Shown here one piece after another: positions 26,279 through 39,679 of a stretch of DNA of 64,000 nt. The position numbers and the translations under genes are program-made. A model generated the notes under the pieces. It ran no database searches. It was not told the origin of the DNA and was given only the letters and a program-made list of their open reading frames with translations. The stretch is taken from NCBI RefSeq assembly GCF_006345805.1, contig NC_042997.1, positions 189,720,001 through 189,784,000 on the forward strand, read 5' to 3'. Position 1 is the stretch's first letter, and every line of letters begins with the position of its first letter. This stretch comes from Octopus sinensis (taxonomy: Eukaryota).

Positions 26279-27292
26279 CTAGCAGTATCGCCCGGCGTTG
26301 CTCGGGTTTGTAAGGGAAATAACTATATAAGCATTTTTAGTGAGTTATAGCAAAAAAATAGCAAAAAATGCATTAAAAATGGAATAAAAAATGATGGTAA
26401 TTTTTTTTTAAATCGTTGACTCATCGTAGACATTTTTAGAGAGTTACTTCCCTTATATAATAGCGAAAAATGCATTAAAATGGAATAAAAAAATGATGGT
26501 AATTTTTTTTTAATCGTTGACTCATCGTAGACATTTTTAGAGAGTTACTTCCCTTATATAATAGCGAAAAATGCATTAAAATGGAATAAAAAATGATGGT
26601 AATTTTTTTTTTAAATCGTAGACTCATCGTAGACGCGCGCTAATACCCAGAAGGGCTCGATATGAATCACGACTATAAGAAACCCGAATTTGGTTAAACT
26701 GCACCGCAAAATGTGGGAGTAGTTAGGAATCTAAATCGTAGGAGACAGACACACAACCTTACTTTTATATATAAAGATATGTGCAACAGCTAAAACATTC
26801 GGTTGTGCAAATTGTTTGCACAGGAAACCTGCCCTCTGTGGCGGTTTTTGCCGTTTTTGTGGATCTGTTTCAGCTTTTTTAGCGATTTCTGTTTTGGCGA
26901 CTTCAAGCCATGAAGTCGTTGTTCTAAAAGAACTCTGGTCTCCTTGACAACGCATTACGACGTTGATTTCTTTACACTCCCTTCCCCACTGCTTCACGAG
27001 GGAGGGAAGAAGGGGGAGAAGCAAACAGGTGCAGGTGTGAGCGTGGATGCCAACTCCGCCGCCATCGACACACGAAAAAATATGCATTAAAATGGAATAA
27101 AAAATTATGTTAAATTATTTTTAAAATCGTAGACTCATCGTAGACGCGCGCTAATACTCAGACGGGCTCGATATGAATCACGACTATAAGATACCCGAAT
27201 TTGGTTAAACTGCACCGCAAAATGTGGGAGTAGTTAGGAATCTAAATCGAAGGGGACAGACACTCACACAACTACAGTTTTATATATATAGA
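26279..27292 (-). mobile_element. Non-autonomous Helitron (composite)
   Basis: On minus: 5'-TC at 27292 (second TC end at 26777), 3'-CTAG at 26279 preceded by hairpin CCCG..CGGG, inserted between A and T; internal ~100-bp tandem repeats at 26320-26630. Confidence 0.85.
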
Positions 27293-27796
27293 TTAGCATG
27301 TTTCATCGTTTCGTTCAAAACTGAACGACAAAATTTTCTGTGATTAAATGTAACCCAAACTTTTGTAAATAGCGGATATGTGGAGATTCATTTTTGTTCC
27401 CCTTTTTCGACTGATGAATACTAGAGGTAGGAAACCTTATGTCCATGGAGGTCTTAATAGACCGCCCTTCAACATTAACCAATAACAGAATATCTTGTTC
27501 TCCAACATATTTAAATGTACTACAGCACATATTTAGTTTTATTGGGACTATTTTGTTGTAATATCGAGTACGTTTTTGGCAAAATACAATTTTAGTTTAC
27601 TCAAAGATACTACAGCATTGTCTGCAATGTACATAATATAGCTACAATAATATGTAATTATATATATGCGTGTTTACATACGCACAAACACATACATGCT
27701 CACAAACACACACATATATATACACACACACACATATATATACACACATATGTATGTATGAATTTTATTGAGTTTTACATACATACATACAGATAT

Positions 27797-28156
27797 GGCG
27801 CAGGAGTGGCTGTGTGGTAAGTAGCTTGCTAACCAACCACACGGTTGCGGGTTCAGTCCCACTGCGTGGCATCTTGGGCAAGTGTCTTCTGCTATAGCCC
27901 CGGGCCGACCAATGCCTTGTGAGTGGATTTGGTAGACGGAAACTGAAAGAAGCCTGTCGTATATATGTATATATATGTATATGTGTGTGTGTTTGTGTGT
28001 CTGTGTTTGTCCCCCTAGCATTGCTTGACAACCGATGCTGGTGTGTTTAGGTCCCCGTCACTTAGCGGTTCGGCAAAAAGAGACCGATAGAATAAGTACT
28101 AAAAGGTGGTGCTCCAGCATGGCCGCAGTCAAATGACTGAAACAAGTAAAAGAAAG
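27797..28156 (+). mobile_element. SINE family A with internal deletion in 3' part
   Basis: Head ggcgcaggagtggctgtgtgg; tail gaaacaagtaaaag. Confidence 0.9.
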
Positions 28157-28381
28157 AAAGAAATATACATGCACACACGCACACACACACACACACACAT
28201 GTATATATAAAGACATATATACACAGATACAAATAAGCTCGTAGATGCAAAAGAGTTGGAAAAAATAATCATTGAAAAGGAAAGTTATGATGAGATATTA
28301 TTTTAATAAAGCCTCCCGCCACAAACTGTGACTTTAACGTAACCTTTCATCAGACAGTTATAATAATACATGTATGTATTC

Positions 28382-28793
28382 TTTTATTCTATTATTTGTT
28401 TCAGTCATTTGACCGCGGCCATGCTGGAGCACCGCCTTTAGTTAAAAAAAAAAATCGATCCCAAGACTTATTCTTTGTAAGCCTATAATACTTATTCTAT
28501 CGGTGTCTTTTGCCGAACCGCTAAGTTACAGGGATGTAAACACACCAACATCGGTTGTCAAGCGGTGGTGGTGGTGGTGGTGGTGGTGGCGGTACAAACA
28601 GAGACACACAAGTATATACATACATACAGGCTTCTTTCAGTTTCCCGTTCCCAAATCCACTCACAAGACCCTTGGTCCGCCCAAGGCTATAGTAGAAGTC
28701 TACTGTGCAGTGCAAGGTGCAGCGCAGTGGGAATGAACCCGGAACCATTTGGTCGATGAGCAAGCTACTTACCACACAGCCACTCCTGCACCT
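28382..28793 (-). mobile_element. SINE family A
   Basis: Reverse complement of head (accacacagccactcctgc) and tail (ttgtttcagtcatttgac). Confidence 0.88.
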
Positions 28794-28984
28794 ATTTCTG
28801 TGTATTTTTGTGTATATGTGTATGTGTATGTGTGTATGTGAGTGTGTGTGTGTATCTTTGTGCTTGCGCCGTTTGTTCACGCTGCCACTTGACAATCAGT
28901 GTTGCTTTGTTTACGCCTCCGTAAGTTAGCTGTTTGGCAAAATACACCGATAAAATGAGTCTCAGTTTGAAAAAATAAGTGATT

Positions 28985-29332
28985 TCAGCAGTAGTGATGA
29001 AGATGTTCCTTGTTTTGAAGATGATGAAGACTTTTCTGGTGTAGAAGATGATGAAGACTTTTCTGGTGTAGAAGATGATGAAGAGTTTTCTGGTTAAAAA
29101 GATGATTAAAGATGATTACTATTGTAATTTGTATGCTTTCCATTTGTATGCTTGCTTCTATACAGCAATGTTTTCTGCTTTTGTAATGTGCTGCTAGACT
29201 GCTTTCAACAATATATGCTTAAATACACTTAAAACTTTTTTTTCCTGAATTTGCCCTGCTGAAATGAGGGTGCGTCTAATATGCCAGTGCGTCTAATATG
29301 CCAGTGCGTCTAATATGCCGTCAAATACGGTA
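28985..29332 (+). mobile_element. 3' end of pogo/Tigger-like DNA transposon
   Basis: Acidic tail SSDEDVPCFEDDEDFSGVEDDEDFSG*, three subterminal gtgcgtctaatatgcc repeats, terminus aaatacggTA. Confidence 0.65.
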
Positions 29333-29890
29333 TTTGGTTTCAAGTTTTTCGAGTAAATACTTCGAAGCTGTGCCCCAGCATGGCTGTAGTCCAATGACTG
29401 AAACAAGCAAAAGATTAAAGATATATAAATGGATGAGTACTAGACAGTGAAAGCGTAAATGAATAATATGGAGCAATTTTAATATAGATTCATTCTAATA
29501 TCTAAAAGTACAAATTGTGTTATTTTTCAAAAAATATTTAAGTGTATTTCAGCGCATAATTTAAATGATAGCCGTCAACTGATTTCCTCCCTTCAAATTA
29601 ATTGGTCAGTTACTTAGAGTAGCAAGACTGTTTAAATTACATATATCAATGTATATTATATTATATTAATGCCCAAAACTAATGTCTCACCCAGATTTGA
29701 TGTTTGTAACGAGAAATAGCACCATGAACCAAATTATTTATGCATTATCTGTTAATGTGTTGGTCATAAATACATTACAAAGACTAACTCAAGTTGTACA
29801 AGTATAAGGCACAAGGCCATTGTCTTGGATGAAACGACGCATCATGATAGGAGAAAATACAAATATAGGCACAAGTATGTCTGCGGAATT

Positions 29891-30302
29891 AGGCGTAGGA
29901 GTGGCTGTGTGGTAAGTAGCTTGCTTACCAACCACATGGTTCCGGGTTCAGTCCCACTGCATAGTACCTTGGGCAAGTGTCTTCTACTATAGCCTCGGGC
30001 CGACCAAAGCCTTGTGAGTGGATTTGGTAGACGGAAACTGAAAGAAGCCCGTCGTGTATATGTATCTATATATGTATGTATGTGTGTATGTGTATGTTTG
30101 TGTGTCTGTGTTTATCCCCCCAACATCGCTTGACAACCGATGCTGGTGTGTTTACGTCCTCGTAACCTAGCGGTTCGGCGAAAGAGACCGATAAAATAAG
30201 TACTAGGCTTACAAAGAATAAGTCCTGAGGTCGATTTGCTCGACTAGAAGGCGGTGCTCTAGGATGGCCACAGTCAAATGACTGAAACCATCAAAAAAGT
30301 AA
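29891..30302 (+). mobile_element. SINE family A, full length
   Basis: Same blocks as 12621. Confidence 0.92.
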
Positions 30303-30512
30303 AACCAGCCACGTGGTTTTGGGTTCAGTCTCCCTACGCGGCACTTCGGGCAAGGGATTTCTACAACAGCCTCGCGCCGACTCACAGCTTTGCGAGTGAA
30401 TTTGGTTGGCGGAAATTGTGTAGAAAACTATCGTACATACCTACATACATGCATGAACACATACATACATACATACATACATACATACATACATACATAC
30501 ATTCATACATAC

Positions 30513-31490
30513 AAAATTACTCTGTTGATGTTGTTGAACTTCCAATGAAGGGGATTTGGATCTAGGTTAGAAACCAACTCTTCCTTTATCGGCAAGAAAT
30601 TTTGAAATAAAGCTGAATAGTGACATACATACATACATACATACATACATACATACATACATACATACATACATACATACATACATACATACATACATAC
30701 ATACGTACATAACAAAAAGGAATACTTGTGGAATTGCCAGTGAAAACCTCAATAATATGCAAACACAATAGACCTGACATAATGATTGGGGATTGAGAAA
30801 AGAAATTGTGTACAATTGTAAAATCAGCTGCTGCAGTTACTCTATCAAGATTACAAGTTCTTATATCTGTAATTATTGGGAGATTGAGATATGTGACACA
30901 CTGCCTAAATATCAATCTTAAGAAATTATACTTCTCAAAACTAGAAAGGAGAAAGCTGATTCCAATCCATCACTGGAACTGTAGAAACCTATAAAACTTT
31001 CCAGAAGTTTATAATTTGCGTGTACATGACATGTCTAGATATGTAAATATATGCATGAGAATGCATACATAAAACAAAACATACAAATCTGCACACATAC
31101 ATACATACATACATACATACATACATACATACATACATACATACAAATCTGCACACATACATACATACATACATACATACATACATACATACATACATAC
31201 ATACATACATACATACATACAAATCTGCACACATACATACATACATACATACATACATACATACATACATACATACATACATACATACATACATACATAC
31301 GTACGTACGTACATACATACATACATACATACATACATAATACATACATACATAATACATACATACGTACGTACGTACAAAAATACCCTCTTGATGTTGT
31401 TGAAATTCCAGTGAAGGAGCCTTGGATCTAGGTTATAAACCGGATCTTTCTCTATAGGCAAGAAATCTTGAAACAAAATTGAATAATGAC
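30513..31490 (+). mobile_element. R4-type 3' termini and RLE fragment in (TACA)n
   Basis: 110-bp unit at 30513-30624; RLE relic 30720-31000 (EYLWNLPVKTSIICKHNRPDIMI...); 3' UTR with (TACA)n; terminal unit 31379-31490. Confidence 0.8.
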
Positions 31491-32124
31491 ATACATACAT
31501 ACACAATCATACACACACACTCACACATATATGTATTTGTATGTATGTGTATGTATATGTAAGTGTGTGTGTGTGAGTGTGTGTGCGTTCGCCCGTATGT
31601 TTGTGTTTGCCCTCGCCCTCCCACTTGACAACCGGTGTTGGTTGTTTACGTCCCCCGTAACTTTACAATTCTGTAAAAAAAAATAGTATAGAGCAGTGGT
31701 TCCTAAACTTTTTCGGGCTTACCTCATCTTGGCACCCAGACTACATTCCTAGCGCTACCTTCCTTCCACACCCACCACCACAAACATAGATAAATTTCTG
31801 CATCAAATTCAAAACAACAGTATTTCACAAAACTTAACCTAGTTATTTTGTTGTCTTTATGTCCATCATCACCCCCGTTTGTCCACCCCATTATCGCCAT
31901 TACTTTGATTATACGACGTTGCATTTCTTCTTCCTTCTTTGCAATGTGTATGTGTGTTTGAGAACAGAAATCATATATAATGTGTTGAGCTCTTGGATAA
32001 TCTACAAGAACCAGGTAAGTTGAAGTGAGGATCATAAGATCAGTTTCGTCTTTTTTAAGACTCATCAGCGATCGATCATAACACCTTACAACTACTGAAT
32101 TCAGAAGAAGCTATCTTCTTACCC

Positions 32125-32440
32125 TTTACTCTTTTACACTTTTACTTGTTTCAGTCATTTGACTGTGGCCATGCTGGAGCACCGCTTTTAGTAGAGCACA
32201 TCGACCCCAGGACCTATTATCTGGAAGCCTAGTACTTATTCTATCGGCCTCTTCTGCCGAACCGCTAAGTTACGGGGACGTAAATACACCAGCATCGGTT
32301 GTCAAGCGATATTGGGGGGGGGGACAAACACAAACACACAAACATATATACACAGACACACATATATACATACATATATATATATATATATACGACGGGC
32401 TTCTTTCAGTTTCCGTCTACCAAATCCACTCACAAGGCTT
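32125..32440 (-). mobile_element. SINE family A, 5'-truncated
   Basis: Reverse complement of middle and tail blocks; the head is absent. Confidence 0.88.
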
Positions 32441-33848
32441 TATGGTATCACAACTGTCTCTTAGATGGCTCATGTGATGATAAATTAATACATTTAAATT
32501 TACTGACCATATACCTAAATAAAGGAATATTATTAAGGGATTCTAAATTTCACATTTCGTTGAAAAAGTCGGTTTAGAATTTAACCAACAAAAATATATT
32601 CGAATATAATGATTTCCCCTAAAGCGTTTCATTTCTTGAAGCAGCTTGCGTGTGACCTGAAAGCGGCAAGTACAACCAGCTCTTTTCTATGCCGTCCACT
32701 CTTTCCCACAGAGAATGTCGTTTAATCAATAAAATGATGTAAATTTTACTCACAGAACAGTATGCTGCGAATGATTACATTTTTCAGAAAATTAGCAGCG
32801 AATATCAACAAATTAAAGATTTCAGTGTCAAATTATTATCACAGCAGTTTCTTTAGTGTTAGTTCCACATCTCCACATATTCAGTCTACCTGTGAAAATC
32901 TAACTCGTGGACAAAGCGCAGAAGCATCAGTAATTGAAAGCGAAGACCGTTTGACTAGTGTCACCTACCTTAAGGTTCATTAGAGTGTTGTTACATTTCG
33001 TATTAAGTCCCCACATTTTACAATTCTTTAAATATACAAGCTGTATAGTCCGACGTTGCGCTTAAAACAGCAGACTTTGATGTCGCGTTAACGAAGTTTT
33101 GACATAGTTTCAATCTATGAATAAAAGTATAGTGTGGCCATGCTCGAGTTTGCTCTGAATGTGCTGCAAATGTGTAATGCCGACTTCAATTTTTGGTATT
33201 GTTGGTTAATATTCCTTCTATTAACATTATGAAGAAAAAAATTACCCGTAGATTTAAAGCAAATTGAAGCTCAAGTTTCGAACTGCACTGAAAACCCATT
33301 AAGAAGTTAACACTGCAACAGTATTCATTAAGAAAAAGTACAGGAAAATCCAAAACGTTAGTAAGAACAGTTTGTAGTTACAAAACAACCTCCCAAAAAT
33401 ATGTTATTTTGAAGCCAAACGGGTGGGCAACATGAATCGTGGTTGTACCTGTAAAATTAATAAAATCGACTATTTTACATCACATATAACTAAAAAAATC
33501 TTTAAAATCAAAACATACCCATTGAAGGTTTGATTTGAACATCATACATAGTAACAGTATATAGATCGCGCTTTATCTGGTTGAAATACACCGAAAAATG
33601 GCGACACAGCAGTAAAAAAATCGTAAAAAATAGGGATTTTCATAGCAAAAAAAAAAAAAAAGTACCTATTTGATGTAAATAATGTTTGGTCATAACATGG
33701 TCCGATTTGAATTTTTTCTTCTACGGAATGAAGAGCAAGCCTTCTTCTATCGTACTCTCAATTTTGGTCAACTTGCGCCGCAGGGTCTTGGAGGAGATAG
33801 TGTTAGTTGAAGGCTACCAAACCTGCCACACACACACACACACACACA

Positions 33849-33881
<33 letters not shown>

Positions 33882-35498
33882 CAACTTCAGCTTTATATAT
33901 ATATATATTTACACAAGTAATAGTCGGTTTACGTTTTTCATGAGAGTACACGCTCTTAAATTAAGTAATTGGAAGGGGAGATAAGCGATAATGATTGAGC
34001 TTTAAAAGACAGGTGAAACTCGTCTCACGACAGTCCTCGCTTTCATTGGCAAAAACGCTTATGGTTTATCTACGTTATATTTTCACAATCTATGATTGTT
34101 AAATATACTGTATATGTTTTCCGTTTACAAATATACCCATAATCTCGCTGTATTGGCAGTTTCGTTTATGCTCGCGCGCACACAAACGTGTATATATGTG
34201 TGTATGTGTGTGTATATTTGTTTTTGTGTAAATGTATATAAATATATGTGTATACATATGTATACATTCATATGTGTGTATATATTTATGTGTGTATGCG
34301 TATGCATGTGTGTATATATTTGTTTTTGTGTAAATGTATATGAATATATGTATATATATATATATGTATACATACATATTTGTGTATATATTTGTGTGTG
34401 TATGTGTGTCAGCTTGTATATATATATATATGCATGTGTGGACGCGTGTATGTCTGTATATATATGCCTAGTATGTGTGCACATATGTGTATACATATAT
34501 ACACATAGATATAGGCGGACATTGAAAGAGAGAGAGAGAGAGGTACAGGGTGAAAGGAAGAGAGGGGTTAAAGAGAATGATAGAAGGAAGAAAAAGAGAG
34601 TGGAGAGAAAAATAAAGAGAGGCGAGATTCGTGTGTGTCCGTGTGTCCGTGAGAGAGAGAGAGAGAGAGACAGAGAGAGACAGAGAGATGAAAAAGAGAG
34701 GGAGAGGGAGAGGGAAAGAGAGGGAGAGAAGAGAAAAAAGGAGATAAATATATTCGGTTTTGTAATTTATAACAGCTATTATTTTACTAACAGAATTCTA
34801 TCGAGGGAAATATTTTTTAAAGTAGATTAATATGTAAGAAGTCCCATGGTTTGGTAACTAACTAGTAACTAAAAACGTTTTGCATGCTCATCCGAACGTA
34901 TTTTCAAGTTAATAAAAGCAGAATATTGGGAAAAAAATCAATTTTTACTACACAATAAATTCAGTTGTAAACTTAATGAGTCAGACTTTATAAGAAATCA
35001 CCTTTTTGAACTTTCCTCTTTAATCGACCATTTTTGCTGAAACATTCAAAACAGCTTTCGAAAAACTATAAAATTCTACATTAGTGAGAACCGATCTATT
35101 ATGTATTGCACACGCACATCTATTAAACATGCAACATCCAATACGTTAATTCTTTCAATTTTGCATAAGTTCTCGTTGACTCGATTATACAAAACGGTTT
35201 CGATCTGTGTTTGGAATCATCCTAGCTCAGTTGCGCGGCGGGTAAAAATTCTTAGGCAACGCACATTCGTAATTATGATTTTTGATTAAGATAAGAAGTT
35301 GGATTCTAGCTTCTAGGATTATACAAAGTTTTAAAGTATAATTATTGATAACAGATGTATGGCGTGAAACAACAGCTTGGAAAAAGTTATATTAGCTGTA
35401 GAGAAGGTAAGTGAAATAGTAGCTGACTTATATATATATATATATATATATACATACATACATACATACATGCATACATACATACATACATACATACA

Positions 35499-35578
<80 letters not shown>

Positions 35579-36098
35579 GTATATATATTCCACCTCGGCA
35601 TCTGAAACTCGGAGTTTTATCATGGGTACCAAATAGTTGTCACATATTACATTTACAGATAAATTCCTCTATTAACATAGTACCGAGGTCTCTTTCATTC
35701 TTTTGTTGTCTTACCATTTTTATCAATATATATATATATATCGATCAGTTTGATTCAAAATCTTTGGTACTTTTGAGTTTCAAGGTTGATGCTAGTCATC
35801 AGCTATTTTGAATTTGTCCACTCACTCGTATATGTACATATATATATATAGAGAGAAAGACAGACAAAGAAAGAAAGAGAGAGAGAAAGGGAGGTGGAAA
35901 GGAGGCGGCAAAACTGAATAAAATAGCCAATTAAATGTACGTCTAATAATACATAAATAGTTCTCTGTAACATAATGCAACAGAGTGTTACCGATGACCC
36001 GCCTTGCTTAAATATCCAAATGCATTGGAATACCCACCGTAGAGATCCAAATAACCAAATTGGATCAAATGATATAAACTAGTGTTTATCGTAATACA

Positions 36099-36129
<31 letters not shown>

Positions 36130-36190
36130 CATATAATTTATGTAATTTGAAGTATGAGAGCCCAAGAAAATGTAAAGAGCTGTATATTCA

Positions 36191-36663
36191 AGGCGCAGGA
36201 GTGGCTGTATGGTAAGTAGATTACTTACCAACCATATGGTTCCGGGTTCAGTCCCACTGCGTGGCATCTTGGGCAAGTGTCTTCTGCTATAGCCCCGGGC
36301 CGACCAATGCCTTGTGAGTGGATTTGGTAGACGGAAACTGAAAGAAGCCTGTCGTATATATATATATATAATATATATATATATATATTATATATATATA
36401 TTATATATATATATATATATTATGTGTGTGTGTGTGTGTGGTGTGTGTGTGTGTTTGTGTGTCTGTGTTTGTCCCTCTAGCATTGATTGGCAACCGATGC
36501 TGGTGTGTTTACGTCCCCGTCACTTAGCGGTTCGGCAAAAGAGACCGATAGAATAAGTACTGGGCTTACAAAGAATAAGTCCCGGGGTCGATTTGCTCGA
36601 CTAAAGGCGGTGCTCCAGCATGGCCGCAGTCAAATGACTGAAACAAGTAAAAGAGTAAAAGAG
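36191..36663 (+). mobile_element. SINE family A, full length
   Basis: Same blocks as 12621. Confidence 0.93.
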
Positions 36664-37056
36664 TATGTGATGATAAACTTTATATACAAGCCAAGTTAGA
36701 TTCCCAGAATTTATGTTACATAGCTACTCGTTCCCATTCATCAACGTTACCGATATCTTTCCCCTTATTTTTGGAAGTTTCTTTTTACAGGAAAACGAAC
36801 ATTCCTTTCACTCTGCTGTATTGTCATAAATTAGATATTTTTCAACAGACTGCACCAATTATCTGTTTTCTTATTCTTGAAGCAATCTCCTTTTATTTTT
36901 ATATTACTTATGATAGTCTTTGGAGAGAACTTCATCCTTGGACTGTTTCCTTGGTTAAAAACTGGATTCACACATTTTCAGATAGTTTCTACATGAATGG
37001 AAACTTGGAGTGAACTATCACTATATGGTTTATCGCCGTGAATGGTGGTTCGGATT

Positions 37057-37790
37057 AAGGCGGCGAGCTGGCAGAAACGTTAGCATGCTGGGCGAAACGC
37101 TAGCGGTATTTCGTCTGTCTTTACGTTCTGAGTTCAAATTCCGCCGAGGTCGACTTTGCCTTTCATCCTTTCGGGATCGATGTAATCGACTTAATCCGTT
37201 TGTCTGTCCTTGTTTGTCCCCTCTGTGTTTAGCCCCTTGTGTGCAGTAAAGAAATAGGTATTTCGTCTGTTTTTACGTTCTGAGTTCAAATTACGCTGAG
37301 GTCGACTTTGCCTTTCATCCTTTCGGGGTCGATAAATTAAGTACCGGTTACGCACTGGGGTCGATGTAATCGACGTAATCCGTGTGTCTGTCCTTGTTTG
37401 TCCCCTCTGTGCTTAGCTCCTTGTGGGCAGTAAAGAAATAGGTATTTCGTCTGTCTTTACGTTCTGAGTTCAAATTACGCCGTGGTCGACTTTGCCTTTC
37501 ATCCTTTCGGGGTCGATAAAATAAGCACCAGTTACGCACTGGGGTCGATGTAATCGACATAATCCGTGTGTCTGTCCTTGTTTGTCCCCTCTGTGTTTAG
37601 CTCCTTGTGGGCAGTAAAGAAATAGGTATTTCGTCTGTCTTTACGTTCTGAGTTCAAATTACGCCGTGGTCGACTTTGCCTTTCATCCTTTCGGGGTCGA
37701 TAAATTAAGTACTAGCTGCGTACTAGGGTCTATTTAATCGAATGGCTCCTCCCCAGAAATTTCGGGCCTTGTGCCTAGAGTAGAAAAGAA
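37057..37790 (+). mobile_element. SINE family B tandem tetramer (184-bp period)
   Basis: One head, then units restarting at ggtatttcgtctg at 37257, 37441 and 37625; the last unit has a different tail. Confidence 0.92.
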
Positions 37791-39562
37791 TGTTGGTTCG
37801 GATTCTTCGCGGGGCAATGAAGGAAGGCCGATCCAGAAAAGCATTGTTGCTCTTTCATGCAATTGTTAGAGCAACTGTTCCTTTGTGATATGTTTGAAAC
37901 TTAGAATTCCTTTTAAACACTTCTATTACGCATCGAATTTCATTGGAGGCCGGCATTTTTATTGCCTTCTAAATCCCGTTTTGTCTGCAATGTCATTAAC
38001 ACGCGTCGCGTAACAAAATTCAGATATTGACGATGATGATGTTGATGATGCTGATAATAAAAATAGTAATGACAATAATTATAGCAACATTAGCAATAAC
38101 TAATTTTCTTTGATGATCTAATTAAATACACAAAAAATTAGCTATGACAGACATTCAAAAGCACTACAAAATATATTGGAGAATACCTGCCTGGAAAAAA
38201 AAATAAACAAAAGAACATTTATTGCAAGAATGCTAAATGTTAATGGTGAACTAAGTGATAAAAGATATGCAAATTATATGAAGCCACAAGCTATACACGA
38301 CACCAATTAAGCTTAACTATCGTTTAACGGCATTAGAAAAATATTATTCATTGGACATTTTCTGATAATGTCTTATTTCTTATCTGTACGGTGATGTTTA
38401 GAGAATATCGCAGCAAATTTCATAGAGTACAAATGAAGATGACTGTATAAAATGAACAATAATAAATTAAAACAAAATGCGAAATAAAAAAAGGATAAAT
38501 ATTTCCTAAGCATAAACTACTAAAGGTTAAAAAAACATACATAACAAATGATAAAAAAACACACGCACACATATCTCCCATAAAGAATTAATTTCATTAA
38601 ATGCGAGTATGCTTTTGCATACTATCGAAAATGCGTGGTGGTTCTTTCCTCTTTGTGCACGTGTATTTTACTTTTAACATATACTCACACTCAGGCACAC
38701 ACATACTCATATACAACACACACAAATATACGCATACATATCAAACGCAAAAACTAATTCATACACACATTCGTTTGTCTTTGTCGGGATAAATTAAGTT
38801 AAATGACTACGGCAAGTATCAATTGATAAATTGTCTTTTTATACATTTTTTTCATGCTGTTAGTGTGCCATGTAATAGAATTTCAGTTAAAAATTATTTA
38901 GCGTCCAAATGAAATATAAAAATGTGTCTAGCGAAATGATGTAATAACAAACCCAACAACCACAAAAAACAAAAATAGCTGCTGAAACATTAACAACAGC
39001 CACAAAAACAAAAAAGAAAAACAGCTACAAAAACAATAACAACAACGATAGTTATCATTATTCTTTCTATATTGGTACAAAGCTTTCAATTTTGAGGGAA
39101 GGGGGAAATCGATCAGATCGAACCTAATACTTGGCTAGTACTTTATTTTATCGACCTCGGTGTGATGTGAAATTAGAACGTAAGAAGCTGGAAGAAATAT
39201 AATAAAATGCATTTTGTCCGACATGCTTAAGATTTAGTAAAAGCCCGCCGCCTTAATAACAATAGCAATTTTTCTACAAATGGCAAGAGTCCTGAAATTT
39301 TGGGGTCGTGGATTAGTCGATTGCATCAACCCCAGTGCTCATCTGATACTTATTTTATCCACCCTTAAATGATTAAGCCTCTGCTAACTTTGCCTTTCAT
39401 CCTATCAGAACGTAAAACCAAAAGAAATATTGCTAAGCATTTTGTTCGACACACAAAAAATTATGTCAGCTAGCTGCTTTAATAACTATGATAATAATAA
39501 TAATAATAATGATAATGATGATGATGATGATGATGACGATGATGATGATGATAATAATAATA

Positions 39563-39616
<54 letters not shown>

Positions 39617-39679
39617 GAGCACTCAGAGAGCACAAACCTCCACCAAGGCAATCCCAACGTCCTCTCAATGATTAGCCAG

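Noticed and set aside
33133-33180. CGHARVCSECA, half of a RING-finger motif, as a host exon
   Set aside because: Stop codon within five codons, no N-terminal CxxC half, and weak splice context; could be chance or a transposon relic.
39615-39660. Helentron/HINE-like terminus (ccaccaagg plus small hairpin)
   Set aside because: Only ~45 bp, with no matching other end in the window.
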